Shown in pieces: positions 8,967-17,601 of a stretch of 56,471 nucleotides of DNA. The position numbers and the translations under genes are program-made. The DNA lies in assembly GCA_031546735.1 (NCBI GenBank), contig JAVBJY010000100.1, positions 1 to 56,471 on the forward strand, in the 5' to 3' direction. This DNA is from Eubacteriales bacterium. Lineage in GTDB: Bacteria > Bacillota > Clostridia > Lachnospirales > JAVBJY01. Below the pieces are notes generated by a model. It was not told the origin of the DNA and searched no databases. It was given only the letters and a program-made list of their open reading frames with translations. How positions within the stretch are numbered: the stretch's first letter is position 1; every line of letters starts with the position of its first letter.

Positions 8967-10721
8967 TTGTCACAGAATAGAGATGTAACAAAAGTTAAAG
9001 AGTTTTTTGAGAACAAAGGGAAGCTTTTTAAGTATTTAACTGCATTGGTACTAATAGTGTCAGTTGGTGGTATAATTTTTGGAACTGTGAGGTGGTTCAT
9101 GCCAGACTATACCAATGTTAGAGAGTTTTTTGATAACCAAGGGAAGCCTTTTAAGTATTTAACTGCATCGGTACTACTATTGACATTTGGTGGTATGATT
9201 TTTGGCGGTGTGAAGTGGTTCATGCCAGGTAAAAGCACACCTACAGGCGCTCAAGAACCCAATACGATTATAGGTGACCCATACATACTCCAAAACGGAG
9301 ATTTAACGATTCATAATCATTTGCCGACGCCGACCTTTTTACCTCCAGAATCAGACAAACACAACTATGATGTTGCACTTGAATATATAGAGCAGCTTAA
9401 TTACCCAAAAGCGTTAGAATATTTTAACATGACATTGGAAGAGCAGTTAGCCAAGTATGGCCCATCACATTTAGAAACAGCAAAGACGTGGAATAATTTG
9501 GGTACACTTGATTGTAAAATGGCAGACTATATCAATGCCATTGATTGTTTTACAAACGCTTTGAGTGTGTATAAAAAAAATAACGAGAGCAATAAAGATG
9601 TTTCAGCTATGTATAACAATATAGGGGAAGTGTATCAAGCCCAAGGCGACTATACAAAGGCTCTTGTGTTTTATGAAAAGGCTTTAGCGATCCGTGAAAA
9701 GGTACTCGGAAAGGAACATCCATCTACCGCAACCACGTATAACAATATAGCGGGAGTGTATAAAGCCCAAGGCGACTATACACAGGCTCTTGCGTTTTAT
9801 GAAAAGGCTTTAGCGATCTGTGAAAAGGTACTCGGAAAGAAACATCCAGATACCGCAGCAACTGCGTACGACGATATAGCGGGCGTGTATCAAGACCAAG
9901 GCGACGATACAAGGGCTCTTGCGTTTTATGAAAAGGCTTTAGCAATCCGTGAAAAGGTACTCGGAAAGGAACATCCATCTACCGCAACCACGTATAACAA
10001 TATAGCGACAGTGTATCAAGCCCAAGGCGACTATACAAAGGCTGTTGCGTTTTATGAAAAGGCTTTAGCAATTTTTGAAAAGGTATTAGGAAAGGAACAT
10101 CCGTCTACCGCAACCACATATAACAATATAGCGATAGTGTATCAAGCCCAAGGCGACTATACAAAGGCGCTTGCATTTTATGAAAAGGCTTTAGCAATCT
10201 GTGAAAAGGTACTCGGAAAGGAACATCCATCTACCGCAACCACATATAACAATATAGCGCTAGCGTATAAAGACCAAGGCGACTATACAAAGGCGCTTGC
10301 GTTTTATGAAAAGGCTTTAGCAATCTATGAAAAGGTACTAGGAAAGGAACATCCAGATACCGCAACCACATATAACAATATAGCGGGCGTGTATGAAGAT
10401 CAAGGCGACTATACAAAGGCGCTTGCATTTTATGAAAAGGATTTAGCAATCAGTGAAAAGGTATTAGGGCAGGAACATCCATCTACCGCGATCACGTATA
10501 ACAATATAGCAGGAGTATATCAAGCCCAAGGCGACTATACAAAGGCTCTTGCGTTTTATGAAAAGGCTTTAGCAATCATTGAAAAGGCACTAGGAAAGGA
10601 ACATCCTGACTATAAAATGGTATTACACAATATGCGCGTCACATATGAAGCTTCCGGCAACCAAAAGGATTTCGATGAGTGGTTGCAAGAGTCAACACCC
10701 CATTCTTCGTCTAATCCGTAA
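8967..10721 (+). CDS. Membrane-anchored tetratricopeptide-repeat protein (42-aa kinesin-light-chain-like TPR units)
   Basis: Two N-terminal hydrophobic segments, then repeats of YNNIAxVYxxQGDYTKALAFYEKALAIxEKVLGKEHPSTATT. Confidence 0.88.
   Translation: MSQNRDVTKVKEFFENKGKLFKYLTALVLIVSVGGIIFGTVRWFMPDYTNVREFFDNQGKPFKYLTASVLLLTFGGMIFGGVKWFMPGKSTPTGAQEPNTIIGDPYILQNGDLTIHNHLPTPTFLPPESDKHNYDVALEYIEQLNYPKALEYFNMTLEEQLAKYGPSHLETAKTWNNLGTLDCKMADYINAIDCFTNALSVYKKNNESNKDVSAMYNNIGEVYQAQGDYTKALVFYEKALAIREKVLGKEHPSTATTYNNIAGVYKAQGDYTQALAFYEKALAICEKVLGKKHPDTAATAYDDIAGVYQDQGDDTRALAFYEKALAIREKVLGKEHPSTATTYNNIATVYQAQGDYTKAVAFYEKALAIFEKVLGKEHPSTATTYNNIAIVYQAQGDYTKALAFYEKALAICEKVLGKEHPSTATTYNNIALAYKDQGDYTKALAFYEKALAIYEKVLGKEHPDTATTYNNIAGVYEDQGDYTKALAFYEKDLAISEKVLGQEHPSTAITYNNIAGVYQAQGDYTKALAFYEKALAIIEKALGKEHPDYKMVLHNMRVTYEASGNQKDFDEWLQESTPHSSSNP
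8982..9227 (+). repeat. 2 x 123-bp tandem duplication encoding the TM segment
   Basis: DVTKVKEFFENKGKLFKYLTALVL...RWFMP versus DYTNVREFFDNQGKPFKYLTASVL...KWFMP. Confidence 0.9.
9611..10610 (+). repeat. Eight near-identical 126-bp tandem coding repeats
   Basis: Units start at 9611, 9737, 9866 (+3 bp), 9992, 10118, 10244, 10370 and 10496. Confidence 0.95.
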
Positions 10722-10783
10722 GCGTCAAACACCCCTAAACTTTATAGGGTGCAAACAATTCAATCTACAGAGAAGCACATTCC

Positions 10784-10830
10784 AAGCAAAAGAAAAAGGC
10801 CCTATACACAAGGCCTTTCTCTTTTGCTTT
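10784..10830. terminator. Probably bidirectional intrinsic terminator
   Basis: AAGCAAAAGAAAAAGGCC...GGCCTTTCTCTTTTGCTT. Confidence 0.7.
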
Positions 10831-10862
10831 ATATTTTAACCCGAACGAACAATAAAAAACAC

Positions 10863-10891
10863 TTGTCAAATTCAATTGAAGCAATTATACT
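10863..10891 (+). promoter_or_regulatory. sigmaA-type promoter (rightward)
   Basis: TTGTCA-N17-TATACT. Confidence 0.65.
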
Positions 10892-10894
10892 GTA

Positions 10895-10988
10895 AGCAGA
10901 GAGTAAACCTAGTGGGTACTAGTAATACCCACTAGGCGACGAAGATGAAGAGCAAATTCATCAACGCCATAGCACTCACGCTACAATG
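10895..10988. ncRNA. Candidate structured small RNA or antisense pair, family unidentified
   Basis: Perfect 11-bp stem CCTAGTGGGTA/TACCCACTAGG, second stem GATGAA/TTCATC, closing GAGT/ACTC; lies between convergent promoters. Confidence 0.4.
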
Positions 10989-10991
10989 TAC

Positions 10992-11020
10992 AGTATAATA
11001 CCCTTTTCTCTTTTTTTCAA
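10992..11020 (-). promoter_or_regulatory. sigmaA-type promoter (leftward, convergent with the previous one)
   Basis: Minus strand TTGAAA-N17-TATACT. Confidence 0.6.
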
Positions 11021-11294
11021 GCGTATTCTTACTTGTTCGTTGTGGTATGTTATCTTGCTTAATTAGAACCAGTGCAGGTTCTAAAGCCAAGACCAGCATA
11101 TTATGCTGTTTTATGGTTAAATCAGACATACAGTATGTTTCATAGCGAGCAATGAAACATAACGTATGCGCTGTAACTTTGAAGCCAAACGCAGTATAGG
11201 ATTTGTGGTACAAATCCCTATGGAGATTAGTTTGCGCTCATCTTTCTTTCTATCCATATTGCAGAAGCGGTATGTTAAAAAGGAGAGACAGAAG

Positions 11295-11561
11295 ATGGCG
11301 GGGGAAATACGGCAATGTAAGCAACAAGTACGGCAAATACACATCGGCGTGATGTCTCTTTGCGGATGTTTTGCAGAGATGAGCGCAACCCTCCTTGACA
11401 ATGCGAGTGAAGTACAGGGGGCAGAAGAGGTGGAGTCTCACATTTCTACCTTCAATTTTCACTTGGTTCAAATCATAGACTCAATTGATTGTGTATTAAA
11501 AGAGCTTGAAGTCATGAGTGCGAGAGCAGAAGCGGCATCGACCAGACCAATGTTTCCATAA
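11295..11561 (+). CDS. Hypothetical 88-aa helical protein
   Basis: AAGGAG RBS before ATG 11295; followed by a strong hairpin; no recognised motif. Confidence 0.6.
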   Translation: MAGEIRQCKQQVRQIHIGVMSLCGCFAEMSATLLDNASEVQGAEEVESHISTFNFHLVQIIDSIDCVLKELEVMSARAEAASTRPMFP

Positions 11562-11576
11562 GCATAGCCGTACATA

Positions 11577-11644
11577 AAAAATCCGAATGTCTCCGTTATA
11601 AACCACCTATATAGGCGGCTTATAACGGAGACATTCGGATTTTT
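11577..11644. terminator. Long palindrome / bidirectional terminator
   Basis: 25-bp perfect arms AAAAATCCGAATGTCTCCGTTATAA/TTATAACGGAGACATTCGGATTTTT between convergent genes. Confidence 0.75.
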
Positions 11645-11675
11645 GGCGTGTTTCAAATTATGCGCCAAAAATTAA

Positions 11676-11722
11676 GGGTCAAGGGGCGAGCCCCGTGCGG
11701 GGTGTGGGGCAGCGCCCCACGG
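11676..11722. repeat. GC-rich double hairpin (REP-like element)
   Basis: GGGGC-ga-GCCCC and GTGGGGC-agc-GCCCCAC. Confidence 0.45.
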
Positions 11723-11738
11723 TTTTAATCTTTTCTTT

Positions 11739-13514
11739 TTATTTATGAGAGATAAACGTATCAATATCTTCCTTCACCAAAGCCAAGCTCTTGTTCCAAA
11801 ACGCCTTATCATGAATATCAATGCCACACATTTTGGCGGTATCGTACAAATTGCTTTTGCCTGATACCGTCAACATTTGGTCATACAGCGGCACAAATTT
11901 CTCTTTGTCTTCACGGTAGAGGGCGTATAATCCTCTCGACAACAGCGAGCCAAACGCATACGGAAAATTATAATAGTTATACCCGGCGTCATAATAGTGT
12001 GGCTTACAGCACCACATATACGGATGCATAGCCGCCGGATCAAGGCCGCACCCATACGCCTTTTTCTGCGCATCGGTCATGATGGTTTTCAGTTCGGCAA
12101 CAGAAAGCGAACCGTCTCCACGGCGCGCAAACACCTCGTCTTCAAATAAAAATCGGCTGTAGATATCAACGACAGTTTGTGCCAAGCCTTGGATATCGTT
12201 TTCTAAAATCTGCATCGAGATGGTGTCGCTTGTAGATTGTTGCAACACATGCTTGGTCAGGATACACTCAGAAAAGGTAGAGGCTGTTTCTGCAATGGGC
12301 ATCGAACACGAGTTGTTAAAAGGTGTCTGGCCGTGCAGGCAAGAATTGTGATAGGCATGTCCTAGCTCATGGGCAATCGTCACGATGCTCTCAAAGGAGT
12401 CGCTAAAGTTTGTCAAAACACGGCTCTGCTTTAGATTGTGTAAATTTTCGCAGAAAGCACCGCCTCTTTTTCCTTCGCGGGGCATAAAGTCGATCCACTG
12501 GTTGTCGAAGGCGTGGGCGGCAAACGCGCCCATTTTTTCACTAAAAGAAGAAAACGCCGACACGACATATTTTTTGCTCTCGTCAACTGTATACGAAACT
12601 TCCATCTTTCCAATCGGCGCAAATAAGTTATAAAAGGGCAGACCTTCGCCCTCCTTTGCACCAAGAAGCTTCGCCTTGTGCAAAAAGTAGGCTTCGAATG
12701 TAGGCAAGTGGTCTGTAATGGCGGCAAACATCGCGTCAAGGGTCTGTTTGTCCATGCGGGATTGTTGCAAGGTCATTTGAAGCGGCGACTCATATCCCCG
12801 CATCTTTGACGTCGTCAGCACTTCGCCCTTGATGCCGTTTAGCGAAAACGCGCAGGCCGTGTCGATTCTGCTGTAGGCATACAATTCGCACGTATACGCA
12901 TTTTTTCGAAGATCGGCGTCGTGGGCGTGGGCAAGGGTTCGGATTTCAGAAAGGGGCAATGTTTTCTTCTCGCCGTCAATCGTAATGTCTATCATCAACA
13001 CAGACGTCAGATGCTCCCATAGCTTTTGCCAAAGGCTAGACCCGGTCATTTCCATTTTGGCGATGATGAGCTCTTCTGCCTCCGACAGCATATACCGGCT
13101 CTCGTCTTGCATCTCGGCTAAAACAAATTCATGTTCAAGCAGCAAAGGCGACGACGAGATGACAGCAGGCAAGTCTTTGATCTGATTTAAAAATTGTTTG
13201 ACCAACACGTCTTGGTTTGTATAGTCTACAGACAGTTCTTCTAGCTTGTCGATCCATTTTGTCAATTGCTCGTTGGTGGCATCCGTGGTAATGGCCAAAT
13301 CTGTATACACAAATAGGTTGTCGAAGCGCGACAGCCTATTTTTTAGCATGATATATTCTTCTAGTTTTTTTGTGGGGTTTGTGGGTTCGGACAAATTCGT
13401 CTGCACCCACTCGCTCATTTTTTTTAATTCGGTTGTCAATTCATCAAAGTCTTTCGAAAATTCGGGGCTATCGACGCCCGTGTATAATTCAGATAAACTC
13501 CAGGTCAATTCCAT
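11739..13514 (-). CDS. pepF: Oligoendopeptidase F (M3B family)
   Basis: GKRGGAFC, HELGH zinc motif, AETASTF, YYNFPYAFG; start MELTWSL after GAGG. Confidence 0.9.
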   Translation of the reverse strand: MELTWSLSELYTGVDSPEFSKDFDELTTELKKMSEWVQTNLSEPTNPTKKLEEYIMLKNRLSRFDNLFVYTDLAITTDATNEQLTKWIDKLEELSVDYTNQDVLVKQFLNQIKDLPAVISSSPLLLEHEFVLAEMQDESRYMLSEAEELIIAKMEMTGSSLWQKLWEHLTSVLMIDITIDGEKKTLPLSEIRTLAHAHDADLRKNAYTCELYAYSRIDTACAFSLNGIKGEVLTTSKMRGYESPLQMTLQQSRMDKQTLDAMFAAITDHLPTFEAYFLHKAKLLGAKEGEGLPFYNLFAPIGKMEVSYTVDESKKYVVSAFSSFSEKMGAFAAHAFDNQWIDFMPREGKRGGAFCENLHNLKQSRVLTNFSDSFESIVTIAHELGHAYHNSCLHGQTPFNNSCSMPIAETASTFSECILTKHVLQQSTSDTISMQILENDIQGLAQTVVDIYSRFLFEDEVFARRGDGSLSVAELKTIMTDAQKKAYGCGLDPAAMHPYMWCCKPHYYDAGYNYYNFPYAFGSLLSRGLYALYREDKEKFVPLYDQMLTVSGKSNLYDTAKMCGIDIHDKAFWNKSLALVKEDIDTFISHK

Positions 13515-13524
13515 ATTTCTACCT

Positions 13525-14400
13525 CTATTCTTTATCATATCTCTTCATAAACGCAACGCCAATCGCCAAAGGCCCCGCATGGGCACCAACGGTGACGCCG
13601 ACGTCAGAGGGTGGCAATTCTGTTTTGATGCCGTGGGTACTTAGCGTGACCGTCATTTGTGCGCACTCTTCGGGCGACTCAGACGATAAGACGGCAAATC
13701 GGTATGAATCGAGGTCACCAGACACTTCCTTCACCACCGCTTCAATCAATTCGGCAACTGCCTTTTTTCTACCCCTTGCTTTGGCAAACGGAACAAGCAC
13801 GCCGTCGGACAAATATAAAATCGGTTTGATGTTTAAAAGACTGCCAGCAAACGCCGCGACATTGCTGATCCGTCCGCCTTTTTGCAAATATTCAAGCGTA
13901 TCAACCGTGAAGATGACCCGCCCACTCACTTTCAGTTTTTCTAGTTTGTCTGCGATTGCATGGATAGACAAGCCTGCCTCGCGCATGTACACCGCTTCTA
14001 GCACCAAAAGTGCCTGCCCAGCCGTCGCATTCGCCGAGTCGACAATGTATATAGTTCGGTCGGGAAACTCTTTGTCTGCAATTTTTTTTGCGTTTACTGC
14101 GCTTTGGTAGGAACCGCTAAATTTTGAGGCCAAGCAAACACAGAGGATATCGTCGCCCGCTTCTAAACGGGGGCGAAATACCTCTAAATAGTCTGCAATC
14201 GACGGCAACGATGTTTTGGGAAACACATTTTCCGTCGCCAAACGGTTGTAAAATTCACTATTTGTTATCTCCACATTTTCTTTATAATATACATTGCTAT
14301 CGAGCGTGACATAAAATGGAACCACCAAAATGCCATGCTGCTCGACAATGCGCTTTGGTATATCACTTGAACTATCTGAAACAATTGCTATATTTTCCAT
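13525..14400 (-). CDS. DegV-family fatty-acid-binding protein
   Basis: DSSSD, PKTSLPS, SGSYQSA, LEYLQKGGRI, IKPIL, HAGP motifs. Confidence 0.93.
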   Translation of the reverse strand: MENIAIVSDSSSDIPKRIVEQHGILVVPFYVTLDSNVYYKENVEITNSEFYNRLATENVFPKTSLPSIADYLEVFRPRLEAGDDILCVCLASKFSGSYQSAVNAKKIADKEFPDRTIYIVDSANATAGQALLVLEAVYMREAGLSIHAIADKLEKLKVSGRVIFTVDTLEYLQKGGRISNVAAFAGSLLNIKPILYLSDGVLVPFAKARGRKKAVAELIEAVVKEVSGDLDSYRFAVLSSESPEECAQMTVTLSTHGIKTELPPSDVGVTVGAHAGPLAIGVAFMKRYDKE

Positions 14401-14434
14401 ACGATCCTCCATTATATTCATTGGGGTTGTTCTT

Positions 14435-16213
14435 TTATGAACCCATCAACTTTCCGTTTTTGCCCAGTACGACCTGATGGTCAAGCCCGATAAATTTTCC
14501 ACCGTCTTGCCACAAAACAGGCACAACAAACTGGTACTTTGCGTCATCCCATGTATGAAAATCATCTTTCACCATGCCGCCCGTATCGCCCGAATTGGCG
14601 TTGTAACACCAAAACGTGTGATTGAGCTTGTTGTCTTTGATCAGCGTTCGCATATGGGTCATCCATGTCAAATTGGGCTCGGTCATATATCCGCCCCATT
14701 CGCCAATCAGAAGAGGTGCTGTTTTTTGTTCGTATATGTACATCCAGCTGTCTTTCCAACACTCTTTGTATAGCGAAGCAAAGGTGTATCCCTCGTGGAA
14801 CCAAGGTTGTTTATACACCGCTGGGCCATAGTCGTGGGGTGAATACACAAGCTTGTTTTGGTAGGCACCCAAGTTGACCGGAAAATCCTTCACGCCGCGC
14901 AAGTTGCCGCCCCACCAGTTGAAATAATAATCCGCGTCATTTTTTGAGACAAACGAACCATTGGTGGTTATATTTTTGGGATAGATTTCTGTGCCTTCTA
15001 CCATGATTAACACGTTAGGGTTTTTGGCAAGCACCCGTTGTGCCGCTTGTTCTGCCGTATACTTCCAGTTATCTGCTGATTTTTCGTTGTTCCAAACCGC
15101 TCGCTTGGCCTCTGATGGTTTACCATGAGGCTCGTTTTTAAGGTCGTACGCCAGAATGGTGTCGTCTGCCTTATACCGATCTGCCATCCATTCAAGGGCG
15201 CTATAATATTTTTCGACAGGGAAATCATCTTGGTACCACAACGGTTGCATATGCCCCATCGGGTCTGTCTTTGCACTATGTATATCGATCATGATCTTTA
15301 TGCCTGTTTTTTGGCATACGGCTACGACATGATCAAAAATCTGTAAGCTATTTTTGCCGTTTAGGCTCGGATTCAGCGCGGTGTTATAATTTGCGTTTGG
15401 ATAGGTACCCTCGGCCCATGCGTTGATAAGCTGTGCCGAAAACGGCACACGCAACAGATTAAACCCGTGGTCGGCAATCGATTGCAACGACTCTTCCAGA
15501 TTGGCCGCCCATAACCCATCAAAGGTATTGGTGCCTGTGTTGTAGCCAAACCAGTTGATGCCGGTGATCCATACGGGGGTGCCGTTTCTATCCACGATTG
15601 TGTTGCCCGAAACAGAGAGCCAGTCGTCGCCTACGCTATTGCCGACGGTTGCCTTTGCGCCCGAAGGCGTGGGGGCGTTTGCCACGGGGAAAAGGGTGGC
15701 TTTTGGGGTCGTTATGGGGGTTTGTGTCGCCGAAGGCGTGGTGATGCCTTTTGTTTTAACAGAGACGGTGCCTGTTTCTGTGCCCGAATAAATAAAGCCA
15801 AAGGCAACTTCGCCGCCCATCGGGATATCTTTGTTGTACGAAAGCCCTTCTGCGGATAGGCTGTTTGTGCCTGCCTTGTAGGCGGCGTTCCAACCTTGCT
15901 CTAGCTTAAAGCCTTGGGGCATGGATAAGTCGACGTGCCAGTCGGTGACTGCCGTCGAGGAGGTGTTCTTCACTTTTACATCGATCTGCTCGAAGTGCGT
16001 GTTGCCGCTTTCCCATTTGGAAACGGAGGACATAGTGATCACCAGTGGTTCTTCAGCCTTTGCCATTGTGGCAACCGCTGTGGCGTTCATGACATGGGGC
16101 GTCGTAACCGCAAGCTCGGTTGCCTGCACGACCTGCGCCTGTTTTGGCGCACATGCACATAGCATCACGCACACGAGCACAAGCAGTACGCTATATTTTT
16201 TCATCGCTTTCAA
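14435..16213 (-). CDS. Lipoprotein endoglucanase: CBM2 + GH5 catalytic domain
   Basis: Lipobox MLCAC; CBM2-like block (W...DWHV...WNA...FGF); Thr/Pro linker; GH5 GINWFG, KNEPH, YSPHDYGP, GEWGG; start TTG 16213 or ATG 16204. Confidence 0.9.
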   Translation of the reverse strand: MKAMKKYSVLLVLVCVMLCACAPKQAQVVQATELAVTTPHVMNATAVATMAKAEEPLVITMSSVSKWESGNTHFEQIDVKVKNTSSTAVTDWHVDLSMPQGFKLEQGWNAAYKAGTNSLSAEGLSYNKDIPMGGEVAFGFIYSGTETGTVSVKTKGITTPSATQTPITTPKATLFPVANAPTPSGAKATVGNSVGDDWLSVSGNTIVDRNGTPVWITGINWFGYNTGTNTFDGLWAANLEESLQSIADHGFNLLRVPFSAQLINAWAEGTYPNANYNTALNPSLNGKNSLQIFDHVVAVCQKTGIKIMIDIHSAKTDPMGHMQPLWYQDDFPVEKYYSALEWMADRYKADDTILAYDLKNEPHGKPSEAKRAVWNNEKSADNWKYTAEQAAQRVLAKNPNVLIMVEGTEIYPKNITTNGSFVSKNDADYYFNWWGGNLRGVKDFPVNLGAYQNKLVYSPHDYGPAVYKQPWFHEGYTFASLYKECWKDSWMYIYEQKTAPLLIGEWGGYMTEPNLTWMTHMRTLIKDNKLNHTFWCYNANSGDTGGMVKDDFHTWDDAKYQFVVPVLWQDGGKFIGLDHQVVLGKNGKLMGS

Positions 16214-16325
16214 AACATCATCTCCCTGTGTTTTTCTATGTTTACTATACCGCCAATTGCTGTTTTTTACAATAGAGTTCTTGCGAAATAGCAAAGTACG
16301 CCCTGCGGTTTTTTTACCAATCTTC

Positions 16326-16363
16326 AAAAAAAATAAGGCAGAGCATGTGTCTGCTCTGCCTTA
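16326..16363 (-). terminator. Intrinsic terminator
   Basis: TAAGGCAGAGCA/TGCTCTGCCTTA stem with a poly-U tail on the minus strand. Confidence 0.75.
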
Positions 16364-16378
16364 CGCGCTTGCCTTGTA

Positions 16379-17437
16379 TTAGCATTTGCAGCTACAAGGT
16401 TTGTTGCAGCCACAAGGTTTATTGTTGCATCTGTCATGGTTTCGAGGAATGTTGTTTGTGATGCCCGCCAAAAACTCAGGTCTTTGTGGTGGCGCAAACG
16501 AATCCATCGGGAAATCTAAGTCATCAAAAGCGTTACAAGGTTCAAGAGATGAAATGTCGTCACATTCATTCGGAATGCAGAACCCTCTCGACTCAACCGT
16601 TAAATTAACGATTCTGTAAAGTTTGATGATGGTGAACAAGCCAATTGTTACGTTGACAGCGACAGGCACTGGAGAAAAGTCTTCGCATCCATCATTGACA
16701 CGTCTTTGGTAACGAAGTGTTGCCTCAAGTGCAACAGCTTTTGCTTCAACCAAAACGAATGGGTCTGCATCAAGCGTTGTGCCGCCGCCCATAGTTGAAT
16801 CTAACAAATCGGTAGCCACGACCAAATCCTCGCCGACTGATCCAAACAACGTCAATTTTTTATTGAAGATGCTGTTGGCTCTCACGGTGAGAATCACTTG
16901 GCCGTTTGCTTCTCTAAACGTCAATCTGTATTGGAAAACATATTTGAGGTCTATATCCCAGAAGCCTCTTCTAAATGTGTTTGGTCTTTTGTCGACAATG
17001 ATGATTTTTTTGATCTTCAGTCTGTCGATGGTGACGGCTGCGGCTGTATTGGGTGGGTTGATGACATCGCCCTCGTTAAGATGTACGCCGTCGATGCAGA
17101 TACATTCAGCGGCTCTTGCGGGACCAATTTCGTTTTCGCCCAAGCAATCTTGCTGTCTGCAAGAATCATATACTTTGAAGGCGATGATACATTCTTCTCT
17201 TAATCGGGTTGGGCTTAAATTGTTTCGGTTTGCCCCTAACACCTCGGTGTTTACTGCCTCTTGCTTGCAAGCAACAGCTTCTTCGCGGTTGCATTGGTCA
17301 TTGCGTTGGTCGTTGCGTTGGTCATTGTTTTGATCATTGCGCTGGCGGTCTCTGTTGCGGTTGGCACTGCGCTCGTCATTGCGCTCGTTGTAGGAATCAT
17401 AATCGCGTTCAAATGCTCTTAAATCAAATGCTTTCAC
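16379..17437 (-). CDS. Cys-rich clostridial protein, putative spore coat/exosporium component
   Basis: GTG start after AAGGAGG; KVYDSCRQQDC motif; C-terminal CNKPCGCNKPCSCKC; NDQR repeats; sigmaK-like promoter upstream. Confidence 0.7.
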   Translation of the reverse strand: MKAFDLRAFERDYDSYNERNDERSANRNRDRQRNDQNNDQRNDQRNDQCNREEAVACKQEAVNTEVLGANRNNLSPTRLREECIIAFKVYDSCRQQDCLGENEIGPARAAECICIDGVHLNEGDVINPPNTAAAVTIDRLKIKKIIIVDKRPNTFRRGFWDIDLKYVFQYRLTFREANGQVILTVRANSIFNKKLTLFGSVGEDLVVATDLLDSTMGGGTTLDADPFVLVEAKAVALEATLRYQRRVNDGCEDFSPVPVAVNVTIGLFTIIKLYRIVNLTVESRGFCIPNECDDISSLEPCNAFDDLDFPMDSFAPPQRPEFLAGITNNIPRNHDRCNNKPCGCNKPCSCKC

Positions 17438-17601
17438 TGCTTTGTCCTCCTTAGGATCATAATTTATATTTTTTCTTCTATTAAAATGTCTCTTTTTTGG
17501 GTCGTGCATGAAAAGGGTTTTCAATGCACGACCTTTTCCTTTGTTCTTACATTCTTTGGTTTTCATCTTCTTTTTTTCTTTGGTACTTTGTCCTCTCACA
17601 A

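Noticed and set aside
9611-10610. CRISPR-like regular repeats
   Set aside because: 126-bp in-frame coding units with no unique spacers and no cas genes
10897-10985. c-di-GMP-I or THF riboswitch
   Set aside because: Only AAACC...GGCGACG and AGAGTA fragments resemble them; the GNRA loop, GCAAAGC segment and THF core are missing
8967-11300. DGR or retron system
   Set aside because: No reverse transcriptase (no YxDD-type ORF) and no separate template repeat in the window
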